Shown here: piece by piece, positions 1-12,370 of the stretch
Layout of the letters: each line of letters opens with the position of its first letter
How positions within the stretch are numbered: the stretch's first letter is position 1
From: Eukaryota sp. TZLM1-RC
Lineage: Eukaryota > Protista > Metamonada: BaSk clade
Length of the DNA: 64,000 nucleotides
Direction of reading: 5' to 3'
Assembly: GCA_040285825.1 (NCBI GenBank)
Contig: JAUPSS010000003.1
Span: forward strand, 1,550,001-1,614,000
Made by a program: the position numbers and the translations under genes
The notes under the pieces: generated by a model
Seen by the model: only the letters and a program-made list of their open reading frames with translations
Told to the model about the DNA's origin: nothing
Database searches by the model: none

Positions 1-1749
1 TCACAAACACCCTTTTCCAATAACAATGAGTGAAGATCTTGATTTAAAACAGCCGAGCTGCGTATATTATTATAAAGATCTTTTTCATACATTCCAGTCA
101 ATCTTTTCTGTAATGTCTTGTTATTGAACACATTTCAATCCTTGTTAAATGGAATTGTGTTTCAAATTGCTAAAGGAATACAGAGACTAATTTTTGATTT
201 AATAAACTTTTACTTCAGTTGCAAAACCTGCAGACATCAATTATTACGATTTACGGTTATTCAAAATTAAGGAGTAACTATTTAAACATTAAAAAACTAC
301 TACAACACTGACCTTCTTCTCTTTTCTTTATTAGCACGCGCTGCATTGCACCTATTGTGTGATCATTTTATTAAAAGCATTGTGGTATATAAAGCTATTC
401 TTCAAAATGATGCAAATAATCACCTCGTTCAATCCATATTGGTCAAAAAGTAAAAATGATTTGACGTTCACAAATTTGAACTCTCTTGTCCCAAATAGAA
501 TCAAAACCAGCAATTTGCTGGCAGCAAAAGAAATTGATGAAGCTGGTTTACTTGGAATTAAAAGCACTAAAAAGTAAGAAATGATTATGCAATGGCAACG
601 AGTTGAATAAAAATAAGGTTGGGGTCAATCCACCATTATTTTTTTTGAATTGTAAAAGAGGATTCAAATTCTGTTGCACCAATGTGGGATTCACAACACA
701 TGACATGAACTCATCTTAAAGTGAGAACACTACGGTTTTCGTCAAAAATAATACACTATTTATATGCAAACAAATCACTTGGTTAACACATCTTACAATT
801 GACCTTAATTTTAATTCATGAACGTAATTTTTCACTTTACCATGCAACATTGACACCATATTGACCGATATTCTCAAGCTTTTATAATTTTATTATTCTA
901 AACAAATTCAACATCATTCAACATAAAGTTTCTTAAATTATGAAGATAACTATCAAACTTTTGAGCTTAATTTTTAAATTTCTTTTTGTAAGTACTGGAA
1001 AAAAACTTAAACAACGTTGTTCGTACTGTATTTTATTCAATTTAAAAAGTACGAACAACGTTTTGAAGCGATGAATTTTTACGGTATGGAGAGGCGGGGT
1101 TTGAGGATTGATAACTTCATCATAACTTATTTCTTTTTGTTTGGTAATAATTCATGTAGTCGAGAAGGCCCACAAGTTGGTAGTTTAGGAAAATTTCCAA
1201 AGGTAAATGTAAATTTTCGGAGTTCCAAGGCTGAAAAAGAAAAATTATTGAACAGCAACACTCAATGAAATGAAATCAGAGATAATGGGACTAAAAAGCT
1301 GGGTCACTAAAAGCATGCATAAGGTATATATGCTATAATAACAAAAAACAAATGGTTTATATCAAGGGGGGACAAACAATGGGAAAATGAAGTGTAAATG
1401 TCAAAATGGGACCAACTAACTAATTATGGCTATGGGCCAGCAGAATAGAGTGAAATTCAATAAGTTTCAATTTATTTGCACAAAGACAAAAGAGAAACAT
1501 CAAAAGAAATCCAACAAATCATAAAGCTTTATTAGTATATTAGTCGAAAGTTCCTGTTTTGCTGGGTCTTCTGAATAGATTATATTCATAATCAGCATTT
1601 ATCTTGATTTTGAAGATGCAGATGTAGGATGGTTAACCAGGATCTTCTCTACATCAGCTTTTGAAACCCCTTACAATGTGAAATCTTTCGGCGATATCTG
1701 CTAGCTGTATTTACTGCTACACTCATGAACTGTCCTCATTCTTGACGAT

Positions 1750-2400
1750 ATGTCCAACGAAGAATCCCCTCTTTGTCGCTCCACAAGTGACACTCAGTTT
1801 GGTGTTTTCCTCTACAATAGACCGACTTCAATATGCTATTCTCCCCCAAAACGTCTGTCACGAAGCCAAATAGAAAAGATCCTGGCCTCTCAATCAAGAG
1901 AAAGTACAGAGATTTGCCGATCTCTAATAGAACTTGGTTCTTGTAAGCTCGATCACTGCAAGTTTGCTCACAACGTTTCAGAGCTTAGACCGACGCTCAA
2001 GCAGCTTGGAAACTACAGAAGACAACAGTGTACCCATTTTCATGACACGTTCCCTTATGTTTGCTATTTCGGAAGACGTTGTCGGTTTCAACACTATCCA
2101 GAAGATGCACTTTCATGTGAGAACCTGGACATTAGTTCGTCCGCATACTTTAAAATATCTTCTAAAGTTCTTCTGCCACTTGTCGAAGAGCTTGCTCCTT
2201 CAATAGGTCTCTGTGAATTCCTACAGGGTTTGGGTAGTGAATCTTTTTTGAAGGGTGAATTGGAACCACGGCCTAGAAAGAGGTTACCTATTTTTGAGTC
2301 AATAGCCAGTTCGAGTGATACAAGCCCTAAAACCAATAGGGTTGAGAATACGAAAAGGAAAAGGAGAAAAAAGTCTTGTGCTCGAAATAATAGTGTATAG
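1750..2400 (+). CDS. Tandem CCCH zinc-finger RNA-binding protein, TIS11/ZFP36 (tristetraprolin)-like
   Basis: Two CCCH fingers (STEICRSLIELGSCKLDHCKFAH; YRRQQCTHFHDTFPYVCYFGRRCRFQH) and a C-terminal RKRLPIFESI resembling the TTP NOT1-binding motif. Confidence 0.8.
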   Translation: MSNEESPLCRSTSDTQFGVFLYNRPTSICYSPPKRLSRSQIEKILASQSRESTEICRSLIELGSCKLDHCKFAHNVSELRPTLKQLGNYRRQQCTHFHDTFPYVCYFGRRCRFQHYPEDALSCENLDISSSAYFKISSKVLLPLVEELAPSIGLCEFLQGLGSESFLKGELEPRPRKRLPIFESIASSSDTSPKTNRVENTKRKRRKKSCARNNSV

Positions 2401-2564
2401 TTTGTGAATTTTCTTGTGCAGTGTAAATATTGGTATTTCTTTTTCATTTAGTTTATATTTCAAAAGGTTTGTGTGAATTGATTAACAATTTACAATTGTT
2501 GGACTGATGAAAGTAAAAGCCGAATAAAATGGTTAACATTTACAAAAAATACAAAATTCAATAT

Positions 2565-5500
2565 TTAAAACAATATATATTGTCTGGGGTTATCAAATGA
2601 TTTCCTTAGCAAATCGATAAATAGTGGTTCGGTTCTCCAATTTCTTGGAACAAGCCATACTTCAAGAGAAACATTAACAATTACCCAAAAGAAAGCAATG
2701 ACATTAAAGGTTTCATTACCAATTAAACCAGCTAATTGTACTGGGAAATAGGCAAAATAGATACAAAAAACAGTAATTGTTAACTGGCCAAGGCCACCAA
2801 GCTTGAAGGATAACCAAGTAGGAATTCCTATTAAACAAGAATAGAAATTGGCAACAATTGCGAAAATAGAGAAAATGAACCACAACATAAGACCAAATAC
2901 GGAGAAGATTGCTTTGAAAACAAACACGAATACACTAGACAATACTCTACCAACAGAGCAGCCTGTTGACTTAACAGAATTGCCAACAACCACAAAACAA
3001 AGTTCAGAAAGTACCCACCAAGAGCTATTACAATGTTCAGAATGTTTATTATAGTGGATTATAAATCCAAAGATACCAAAAATTAAAGCAGGAATTAACA
3101 ACCATGAAGATAGAAAACCAATGGATAAAATTGAGAAGCAAAGTACAAAATAAATAAAATTAAGGATAATAATAAAGAAGGCAAAGGCCTTCCCAATCTC
3201 ATCATAAGTGCGTTCCTGGTAATTGGGTGATTTGAATACGAAACCAAATGAACCAATAATCAGAAACAGATCAAAGAGAAAAGATAACATGCTTGAAATG
3301 AGACAAAAGAGAGAAGTAGCTGAAACCAAAACTTCTGTAAAGAAAACCAATTCCATTGAGGCAAAAACAAATCGAAGTCGAATAAATTTCGACAAGTCTT
3401 GGAAGAACTCGTCGCCTCCCAATAAGTAATAATAAGGGATTTTTGACATTAACTTTAATAAAAGTTGAATAAAAGGTCCAAGAATAAAACCAATTAATTT
3501 GAAAGGTATTAAAATAAGTTCTAGGAAATTAATTAAAGATTGTAAAAATAAATAATGAATGTAACTTTCTAATCCAGACATAAGAACCTCAGAAACCTTA
3601 TCATCAATTAAGAAAGGTCCAATATCATCAGAGTTAAAAAACTCCTTTCGATTAGTGAAGGACACTCCAATACTGTGAATAGTAACGTCAGAATTTGGTG
3701 TGCAAAGTGCGCAACACTGATTGGGTTCTAAGAAATTGGCAAAAGGAATTTTTGAAAACTTTGTTGTGTGGAAATGGTGATGTTTAATCAACAGAGGGTT
3801 AAACTGAAGGAAAAATGATTTAATAACAGTAATTACTTGGGGAATAGACAGTAATGAGAGAGTGGAAATAATTAATTCTATAATCATAATTAATTCATAG
3901 ATGAATCGAACAAAAGTTTTCACACAAACTGAATGAATTTGGAGTGTTTTGGCATCAAATACGTGATAAAAATAGTTTTTATCACGAGAAGTTGCTTTGG
4001 AGTATTGATTCAGATAACGACAAATTTCAAACACTTTTTTGACATATTTGAACGACTTCCAGGTGATTAGGAGAACGATCGACAACGCAAAACAAAAGAC
4101 ATCCAATGGAGTTAGGTAAATTAATCTAAAAATAGCTTTTCTTCTGATGAAACCAGAAGTATTGGTATCAACTAGTCTGGTAATCAAACAATAATAACGA
4201 AAGATGCAGATCAAGCCTAGTAACACCAAAGGAATGTCCATAAGTCCATAAATGAACTCCAACAAGACCAGTTTGTGCTCAGAAAGGCCTTGTTGGTACG
4301 ACTTTGCTGTTTTGAAAATAAACGGCCATCTCCAAGGAAGAAACACCAACGCCAAACCCAAAGGCAAGCAGAAAATATCCATAAACATATAGGATAGTTC
4401 CTTCCAAACCAAAACTCGTCTAGACTGAGCTGACATGCCAAATTTTTCATCATAAAGCCCCCTGTAAATAGTGACTGGAATTCTCCACAAGCAGAGTGGT
4501 AAAAGCAACACTACATGTGGCAAATCAATCAAACCTTCATAAAACTGCCGAACAATTGGAGAATGAATACCTTCCTTCAAAGTAGTTTCTTGAATGTCCC
4601 TGATAAGCGTTGGAATTCGCCATGGAGAAAGAATGAAGGACATTACAAGCACAATCAATACAGGGAGATCTAAGCAAAGCTTACCAAACTCCTTAGCCAC
4701 AAGTACCTTCTTTTCTCCTTCTGTTAGTTCTTCATTTAGGTAAATCTCAGTGTATAAGGTGCGTCTCCAGCAGGATAGACGGAGTGGAAGTGAGAACACA
4801 AAGATGATGATATCAACTAGCCAGAGGAAAGCTTCGTGGTAGACGCAACTATGCCATCTTGAAGTAAATTTCACGTTTCTTTCATCAGTGTCTTCGTCAA
4901 TTGCAACACAATTGCCTTCAGCCATGGCCATTTTCATTCCCCCCCAACGCCATCTAGTAACAAAAACAAGTACAATCAGGAGAAAAGCGGGTAAATCAAG
5001 AATTAAATAGTACAATTCAATAAATACACTAAACCGTGCCCACATTGCAGAAGGTGCTTTGTTGATTCTGTCAAATAAAGATTTTCTTCGCCAGGAAATG
5101 AGAACAGGAAATCCAAATAAAATAAAAGGAAAATCTAAGAGTAATTTAAAAAAATTGGATATTATTGGAATAAATAGCCCTTGGAGACCTCCAAAATAGT
5201 TGCACTTATCCCCAACCTTGCCATATGCTTCGTAGAAGACCTTGGGTAGACGGAAAACAGTCAAGAATAGAAACAAGAAGAAAGGGAGGAGGATAACATC
5301 AGTGAAGATTCGAATAAAATGGTCAAAGACATAACAACGACGTTCAAATGAGGATTTGGGAGACGTGTCAATCAATTTTGATTGATTGGGTACTTGATTG
5401 AGATCAGGGGCAGAAGGAGTATCATCAGTTTCAATGTAATACACTTTGGGACGACTGAACACTTGGTAGATCAAAGAAACTGATCTCCAGGTCAAAATTA

Positions 5501-7043
5501 CGACAAACCCCATCAGAATAAAGGGGATTTCAACAATAATCTTTCCAACTTGACTCAAGATAGCGTCATGCCAGTTGACACTGCTTTTGAGTAAAGAGAA
5601 GGTAATTGGAATCCTGTACATTGTTGGAATGATAAACAACACTCCCAAGAAAGCAATAAAAACATCAACTAGAAAGTAAAAGAATGATGCCAAAGCAAAA
5701 CAGAAAAAAGAAAATTCTAAACTGTTTAGCTTTCCTAAACTGGAAGAATGATAATCAATTCTTATCTTCTTCCAAAACGAAATCAATTCTGATCTTTTCC
5801 ATGATAACAAATTAATTAAAACAAAAGGAATAAGAATGACATCCAAAATGAAATTAAAAAAACCGTAAATCATGGAAAAGTGAAATGTCCAATAACTGTT
5901 CTGAGAAAATTGAAAACTAGAAAAAATCCTAGGAATTCTATAAATAGTAACAAAGTTGATTATAGTGAACGGAAGAACTAAAATATCAAAAAACAACTGA
6001 GCAAAGGAGACCAATGACGTTTTTCTCCTTTCGTCAATTGACATTGATTGACCATGACCATCTCTCCATTTTAAACACTTATAGACAAAGACGGGACTTC
6101 TCCATGAAAACAGCACCGGAATAGAGGCAATAATACAAGGTACATCAACCAAACCTTGAAGAGAATTAGACAACATAAATCCTACCAGATTGTCAAGGAA
6201 TTTATCTTTAGGAATTGAGGGAATTTGCTTGCTTAAAATGAATATTCTGTGGGGAAGGACTAAGTGAAAAACAGTTGAAATAAGGAAAAGCAGCAGACCA
6301 AAAACCACGCTGAGACATTCACTGACCAATTCAGCAAACCAAGAGAAATAGGAGGAACTTGGAGGAACTATGAAGAGAGAAGTGATGAGTGTAGGAGAGA
6401 ATCGGACAATAGTAACAGAAAGGACTAAGATGAAAGGAATTGATAATATAGCAATTGGTACTTCAATAAAGGTTAAAAGACAAACAAACCGCCATTCAAT
6501 ATGATAGTCCTCAGGATGATGCTTCTTAGAATTGGAAAGGCGATGAAGAAGCCCACCTGTTCTGAAAACAGAGAGCAAAGGGAAGAGTGAGACAGGAAAG
6601 AGGAGAGGATCAAGAAGCGCGGTGGTGTAACAAGCTAGAACATCAGGACATTGTTGGGAGGAAAAGAGTTTGTACCTCCAATTTCTGAGTGTAAATCCAA
6701 TGGAATAAGTTAAAAGCATCGAACTGAGTGATCCGACAATGACTGCATTGAGATGAAACCCCCAATTGAACAGTAAAAGAAAAGACACAAGGCCAGGGAA
6801 GATAAAACAGCCTAATCCAAATAAGCATAATACAAATCGCAGAAGTATCACAGGTAGATTGAATGGTCCAGTAGACTTAAAAGTATGACTGAGAACTCTG
6901 GTGATATGGTCAAGCACAAAGAACAGAGGAAGACACAGTACAAAGGCAACTAATTTGATTAACCATGCAATACCAATGAAGACATAGATGATCCAAGGAT
7001 CCTGATTGCTTGCCATTTGTTCAAAAAGTTCAGAATCAGCCAA
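2565..7043 (-). CDS. Large multi-pass membrane protein of unknown function with repeated hydrophobic hairpin units
   Basis: 1492-aa uninterrupted ORF with recurring D(L/I/V)P...hydrophobic...(W/Y/F)R units; the ORF track starts at TTG, first ATG is at 7016. Confidence 0.75.
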   Translation of the reverse strand: MADSELFEQMASNQDPWIIYVFIGIAWLIKLVAFVLCLPLFFVLDHITRVLSHTFKSTGPFNLPVILLRFVLCLFGLGCFIFPGLVSFLLLFNWGFHLNAVIVGSLSSMLLTYSIGFTLRNWRYKLFSSQQCPDVLACYTTALLDPLLFPVSLFPLLSVFRTGGLLHRLSNSKKHHPEDYHIEWRFVCLLTFIEVPIAILSIPFILVLSVTIVRFSPTLITSLFIVPPSSSYFSWFAELVSECLSVVFGLLLFLISTVFHLVLPHRIFILSKQIPSIPKDKFLDNLVGFMLSNSLQGLVDVPCIIASIPVLFSWRSPVFVYKCLKWRDGHGQSMSIDERRKTSLVSFAQLFFDILVLPFTIINFVTIYRIPRIFSSFQFSQNSYWTFHFSMIYGFFNFILDVILIPFVLINLLSWKRSELISFWKKIRIDYHSSSLGKLNSLEFSFFCFALASFFYFLVDVFIAFLGVLFIIPTMYRIPITFSLLKSSVNWHDAILSQVGKIIVEIPFILMGFVVILTWRSVSLIYQVFSRPKVYYIETDDTPSAPDLNQVPNQSKLIDTSPKSSFERRCYVFDHFIRIFTDVILLPFFLFLFLTVFRLPKVFYEAYGKVGDKCNYFGGLQGLFIPIISNFFKLLLDFPFILFGFPVLISWRRKSLFDRINKAPSAMWARFSVFIELYYLILDLPAFLLIVLVFVTRWRWGGMKMAMAEGNCVAIDEDTDERNVKFTSRWHSCVYHEAFLWLVDIIIFVFSLPLRLSCWRRTLYTEIYLNEELTEGEKKVLVAKEFGKLCLDLPVLIVLVMSFILSPWRIPTLIRDIQETTLKEGIHSPIVRQFYEGLIDLPHVVLLLPLCLWRIPVTIYRGLYDEKFGMSAQSRRVLVWKELSYMFMDIFCLPLGLALVFLPWRWPFIFKTAKSYQQGLSEHKLVLLEFIYGLMDIPLVLLGLICIFRYYCLITRLVDTNTSGFIRRKAIFRLIYLTPLDVFCFALSIVLLITWKSFKYVKKVFEICRYLNQYSKATSRDKNYFYHVFDAKTLQIHSVCVKTFVRFIYELIMIIELIISTLSLLSIPQVITVIKSFFLQFNPLLIKHHHFHTTKFSKIPFANFLEPNQCCALCTPNSDVTIHSIGVSFTNRKEFFNSDDIGPFLIDDKVSEVLMSGLESYIHYLFLQSLINFLELILIPFKLIGFILGPFIQLLLKLMSKIPYYYLLGGDEFFQDLSKFIRLRFVFASMELVFFTEVLVSATSLFCLISSMLSFLFDLFLIIGSFGFVFKSPNYQERTYDEIGKAFAFFIIILNFIYFVLCFSILSIGFLSSWLLIPALIFGIFGFIIHYNKHSEHCNSSWWVLSELCFVVVGNSVKSTGCSVGRVLSSVFVFVFKAIFSVFGLMLWFIFSIFAIVANFYSCLIGIPTWLSFKLGGLGQLTITVFCIYFAYFPVQLAGLIGNETFNVIAFFWVIVNVSLEVWLVPRNWRTEPLFIDLLRKSFDNPRQYILF

Positions 7044-7797
7044 GACGATTGATGATCAATTTTTTTGATACTGGACCCAACATCTTGCATGATCATCTGA
7101 AAATAGATAAATTTTTTGAATTGTTATCAACTTCCCAGTTAGGATATTGTGACCAATTACAAAGTAATAGCAGATGCTTTCCTTATAGTTAGATATCTGT
7201 TTGAAGTAAATATTAGTTAACCAACTTACAAATGAACAAGTAAATAGTCCACCACTCCCAAAACACAACAACTAGTTGCAACTCTCTCCTAGTTTGACCC
7301 AAGAGAAAGCAGTACAGGATAAACTAACTTCAACATCGCTTTATCAATACTGACAAATTCTATTCTGATAAGACATTCTACTAAAGTCTTTAAGGGTTCA
7401 CTTTAACAATAAGTTCAAAACCTGCCAGAAAACGTAAGGCGAGGTGTACAAGTGAATCAAACAGGGAAAATACAAATCAATACTAATTGTATTTGGGATG
7501 ATGTTGAATGTACAATTGGGACGAAGATTCACTAATGTTGTTTGATTTTTAACTATTCTATTGACCCATCGTTGTGGTTATTCTGGGTCAACCGACCACA
7601 ACTCCATAAAGTGTTATAATAGTGATTAAAGATTATTGTACCTGATGTGTACTTTGACAAAATTCTACCTTCAAAACAAATCAACACAGTCATCAAAAAA
7701 TGAAGAAAAATATAAAAAGAGGTAGTTGCGGTACTGTTGCTTTTATCTTTGACGTTAACCAATGATATGCGATAAAGACACCATACTCAACAAGAAT

Positions 7798-8340
7798 CTA
7801 ACGTCGATAGCCACGTCGCCTTCTAGCAGCTCTGTCCTGATGCTTTTTCATGGCAGCTTTTTCCTCTTCAGTCATAGTCTCCTCAACTGTTGGGGTAAAT
7901 ACATAGTCTTTGATGAGTTTTCCTGCTTTCCAAGCACCGAGGATTGGAAACATAAGAAGAGGTAACCAAGAATGACGTGTCACTGTAGAAAGTGCTTGGC
8001 CGAACCAACAAACGTATAGTACATCATGGATTAAGTGCTGGCTTGATATATCTGCAGCAAATTGTACTTTACCAGCGTCACTGAGAACAGGAGTTGCCGT
8101 AAAAGACAAGTATTTTAATGCTCCATAGTTGAGTCCAAAATATAAAAGACTTATGAATTTGTGCCAATAACCGTAAGAAGACCATTTGAAAAATAAGATA
8201 ATAACATATAATGACTAGAGTGAACAATAGAAGGGGAGACAAACACTAAATCCTATTGAAAGGTAACGCAATAGACTAAGACGATGTTGATTGCTGTTAT
8301 GTACATCTTTCTGAGAGACACGTTTTTGGGGAACACTCAT
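7798..8340 (-). CDS. TMEM208/SND2-like SRP-independent targeting protein, one 30-nt intron (8215-8244)
   Basis: ATG at 8340; removing the GTTTGT...CTAG intron removes an in-frame stop; motif ATPVLSDAGKVQFAADI..HLIHDVLYVCWFGQ and a basic C-terminal tail. Confidence 0.8.
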
Positions 8341-8391
8341 TGATGGTAAGTTGAGAGTTCACTTCACATTTCATTCACTTTCATAAATATT

Positions 8392-9190
8392 ATGTCTTTA
8401 GTTGCATCTGGTACACCCAATTCCGTACAAATCCAACTTTATTACTATCTAGTATTTGGAGCTCGACGTTTTGGTGCTACTACCATCGGTCTTCTATACC
8501 AAGACGTTGAAACAGTCACCCCTAAATTACTCTCTTCTCTCTTCACTGAACATTTTGCAGCGGAAGCTAAGAAGAATAAAAACAGTTGTACATCCTGACA
8601 CCACTCTCGAAGTGGCCTACAAGCTTACCGGAAATTTTGGTTCTAGAACTGCTGCCTGTCTACAGAATTAGCTTTCTTCAAATTCTGGTGGAAATGCTCC
8701 TGCTTTCTCTGTTCAGGTCCGTCCCCAGCAAGAGATTAATGTTAAGTTTTACGACGCTTGGTTGAAGGACAAGGAGAAGAAAGAGATAGAGACTATAACG
8801 ATAGAACAATTGAAATCACACCCAGCCAATTCAAAGGTGGTACTTGCTGACCACCTGTGGAACACTTGGTTGGAGATAATCAACGAGGGAAAGGGAAGCA
8901 TCATCAGGATTCCTGAGTCCATCATACCCTTTCTGGGTGATGCAAAAAGCAATCTGTTTTCGGTTGAATTGGCTGAACAGGTAGCTCAATATTCAGCCGC
9001 TCAATTATTCAAGATTAGAGAACAAGTACTTGAATTACTTGATGTACTTGAGTCTACTTTTCTCAAGAAGTTAAATTGTTTTTTTATCAGCTTGGGTAAA
9101 AGAACTAGTTCAGAAGCTGCCTTATCCAGTGACGCAAATGAAGCTTTCAAAAGAGTGGCTGCTGCGGAAGACACTCAGCATACTGATTAA
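8392..9190 (+). pseudogene. Interrupted ORF of unknown function
   Basis: ORFs 8456-8671 and 8762-9190 are in one frame separated by a TAG; 8392-8598 is in a different frame; no family recognised. Confidence 0.35.
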
Positions 9191-9301
9191 TAGTAGTACA
9201 ATAGTATTGGTTTTTTGATGATAAAAGTTCTTTTTTTTATTTTCAATACATAATCAATTAAAACTGTTTTATTTTTAATACATTTTTAATCAAAACTTTA
9301 T

Positions 9302-10079
9302 TCAATCCAAATGATCTTTGAAAAAGTTTGCCTTTATACCATGCAAGTATGGCGATCTGAATGGGCAAAAATCCTTCCAGCCACTATGGTCAAATAAATT
9401 GCTGCAATTGAAATTCATTGTACGTAATAGCTGCTGCAAAAGATTAACACCTTGCAGTGGGCTGTGCAACGAATTGTCTCTGACTTTTCTTCTAAGCAGA
9501 CCAAAAAACGCTTCTTTTGGGTTACAATCAGGAGAATACGGTGGTAAAATCAAATATTTTAAGCCAGCCAATTTTACAGCCCTGAAAATGTATGCATTTT
9601 TATGAATATTGCAACCATCAACAACCACTATTGATCTAGCTCCTCCTTCAATTGATAATAATTTATGATGTAGTAAATCTTGTAGAAAACTTACATATCC
9701 TGTGCGATTAAAATGACCTTGTTTAATATGAAACATCACTAGTCCATTGACATCAATTGCCACAATGAGAGTCACCTGCCCTTCCCTGAAGTTCGGTCTT
9801 TCAGTATTTATTGGAACTCCCTTAGGGCTCCAACAAGTTTTTCTTACAAAGTGTTCTGATTTAAACGAAACTTCGTCAATAAATATTAATTGTTGTTGAA
9901 TTACAACACCAAAAAGTCTTCGAAAACTTAATTCAAAGTTATGAATCAGTTCTTTTTTGGCACGTCTCATCAAATTAGCACATTTTTTGTGAGTAAAATT
10001 GTTTTTGATTAGTAATCTGTGCACAGTTGTTACACTAACTTTCTTGTGAAATTTTGTAAAAACTAGCTTACGTATTTCG
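9302..10079 (-). mobile_element. IS630/Tc1-mariner DD34E transposase, N-terminally truncated where it abuts the Fanzor-A right end
   Basis: HTH-like EIRKL...VSVTTVHRLL...KK; catalytic FIDE, VVDGCNIH and LPPYSPDCNPKE with 34 residues between the second D and E. Confidence 0.9.
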
Positions 10080-10320
10080 CTACTATGAATTTCACATATC
10101 ATGCATTCCCCTGTAAAATTCACTCCTGTTTTCAACTTTCTCAGTGTCTACTCACAGGCTGTAAGAGACATGTAGCGTCATTTGACAAAGACGTTCATGA
10201 TCTTCATTAATGGGCTACCTCACTTAAATACACCTACTGCTTTCACAGAACAAAGCCTTGCGACTTGATGTATCTAAGTGGGTCTACCAAATGCTACTAA
10301 GGTATTTGTAGATCGGTCTC
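10080..10320 (-). ncRNA. Candidate Fanzor omegaRNA scaffold, family A copy 1
   Basis: Conserved with 46157-46397 and 49559-49794; lies downstream of the Fanzor stop; multiple stems with G-U pairs on the minus strand; GCAA and GAAA tetraloops; identity with copy 3 ends abruptly at ...AGUAG. Confidence 0.8.
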
Positions 10321-10416
10321 AAAAGTTTTTCAAAAAAGTCAAAAATACAATAAAAAACTCAAAATAAAATATCAGATTTTCCAAAGTTTTTGTTTCTGTA
10401 TGCTCAGGTTCCTCAT

Positions 10417-12370
10417 TCATTTCCTCAACAGAGCTTCTGGGCAAATGTATCTTTCCGGCCACAATTCTGCTTTCTACTTTATTTGAATATTTTTTGCAGC
10501 GGAAATATCTCTGTCACATACTATTTGACACTCAGTACAAATACCCATCTGCCATGAGCCTGCTTGAATATTCTTGGCCATGCAACAACTTGACAGTTCG
10601 CTTGTATTAAATTCACTGGTTGACAAGTGCTTCTCGTCCTTTTGATAACACAACCATTTTCTAAAAGCCCTTGCTGATCCATATCGATTGACTTTTCGGC
10701 AATGAGAAGCGAAATTAGCAGAACCCACAACAAGATAGAGTTTTTCAGGATGTCCAATCAGTCTTTGAAACTTGCTGAGACTCTCTCTGAACCGTTTCTC
10801 TTTTCGTCTGCGGTTATCAAATTTAATTCTTTTCCATTTCTGGCGATTACTTTCCAAATACACTTTCTTCCTGACCAAATTCCAATGGTTCAAAAATTGG
10901 TTGAAATTTTGAACGGAATATTGGTTGGGAGAGTGTTTACTGGGTGAAGGTTTTGTCGTGTATCTTCTGTCAGTTGGACAAGGGATAACTCCACATTGAT
11001 AATCATTTAAGAAGTAACCACATAATCTTGATTGTCCCAGATCAACGCCAATAAGGGGCCTTTCAGGTAAAATTGCGACTGGTTGTCTACGTCTTCGACG
11101 GGGCATTTTTTAGTGCCCTTCAACTGTGTTTCTCTGGTTTTGTTGGCATTAGGGTCACTTTTCATCTCTTTTTTTGATCTCCTTTTCTTTTTCGGTGGTT
11201 CATCCAGCTCATTTGTGTTTTCTGAGTCATTATTTTTACCTTCAAAGGTCAAAAGCAGTTCATTACCATTAGTTTTCAATAAAATTGTTTTTAAACTATT
11301 TTTCAAACTTTTTCTGTTGATATTAAATTTTTGATAAGGACATTGTTTGAATATTCGTTTTAGACATGTATTTTTGATAAACTTTGTTTTGGAAGATGAT
11401 CCTTCAATAAATGGAAATTTTTCACAGATTGGAAAATTTGTGCAGGTACCTCATGAAATTTAGAACTTTTATGAGAAGCTAATTGTATTATTCTAAATTT
11501 CTTCCAACAATGCATATGAGAAAAGAAAGTGAGTAAGTATTGTGAAATATTAAAATTAAAGAGAAATAGCTCACCAATTTCCTTTGATGAAAAGGTGATT
11601 TTATCATGTCAAGACAGTAGGGAAGCAGTGGTAGGAAATCTTTGAAGGGATTTCAAGACAAACTTACATGCATTTAATAAAAAGAATCTTTCTCTTGAAT
11701 TATTCAGATTGAAATTGATGTAGTGTTCAAGAACAGAATCAACAACTACTTCCTCGTATTGAGCTAATGGTTTAACTGGCAAAAGAGAGAGAATATAATT
11801 GGCACAGACATTCTTTTTATCTAGAGCTCTACAATGAGCACGAATAAAGTTTTTTGTACAGGATTGACAAATTTTAGGTAAACTTGTCTTCACGTTAGAC
11901 GCCAATTGACGAGCCCGACAAGCAAAGTAAGGAGAAAGTCCTTTTCTATTGATAAAATTACAATTCTGAGAGTGCAGCCAAGCATTGAGAAAAAGATTGA
12001 ATGAATTTCTATAAGGCACCAAAGAATTTTCCCACAAAGAAACAAGAGACCTGTCATGTGGGCATTCAGGAAGAAATCCACTGTAAAAGATATGGAGTAA
12101 TTGGCGTTGGCCTTTAGATGTGGAAGGCTTAGGAAAAGAACCAGTGGTGATGACGGTCATAAACAGATATCATACATCCTGTTCCACTAAAGCTCTAGAT
12201 GCCAACGGAAAATTTAGAAGAAAAGATTGAAGTAATAAAGAAGCTTCATGACAAATCTCGGTGACCAAAGGAAGGTCAGTCCGAATTTGTTGCACCGCTG
12301 CAGGGGTGAGCAGCGAGTTAAGTGCACAAGACCGAGTGAATACACGTGACACAGAGTGGGTGTCTGTCAT
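10417..12370 (-). pseudogene. Fanzor (eukaryotic TnpB) nuclease, family A copy 1, with frameshifts and stops
   Basis: RuvC-I IGVDLG, RuvC-II SEFNTS, Zn-finger SCC..CTEC and RuvC-III DRDISAAKNI; fragments are colinear with 46433-48375. Confidence 0.9.

Noticed and set aside
1-1300. Short ORFs at the window start
   Set aside because: No recognisable motifs; probably decayed or non-coding
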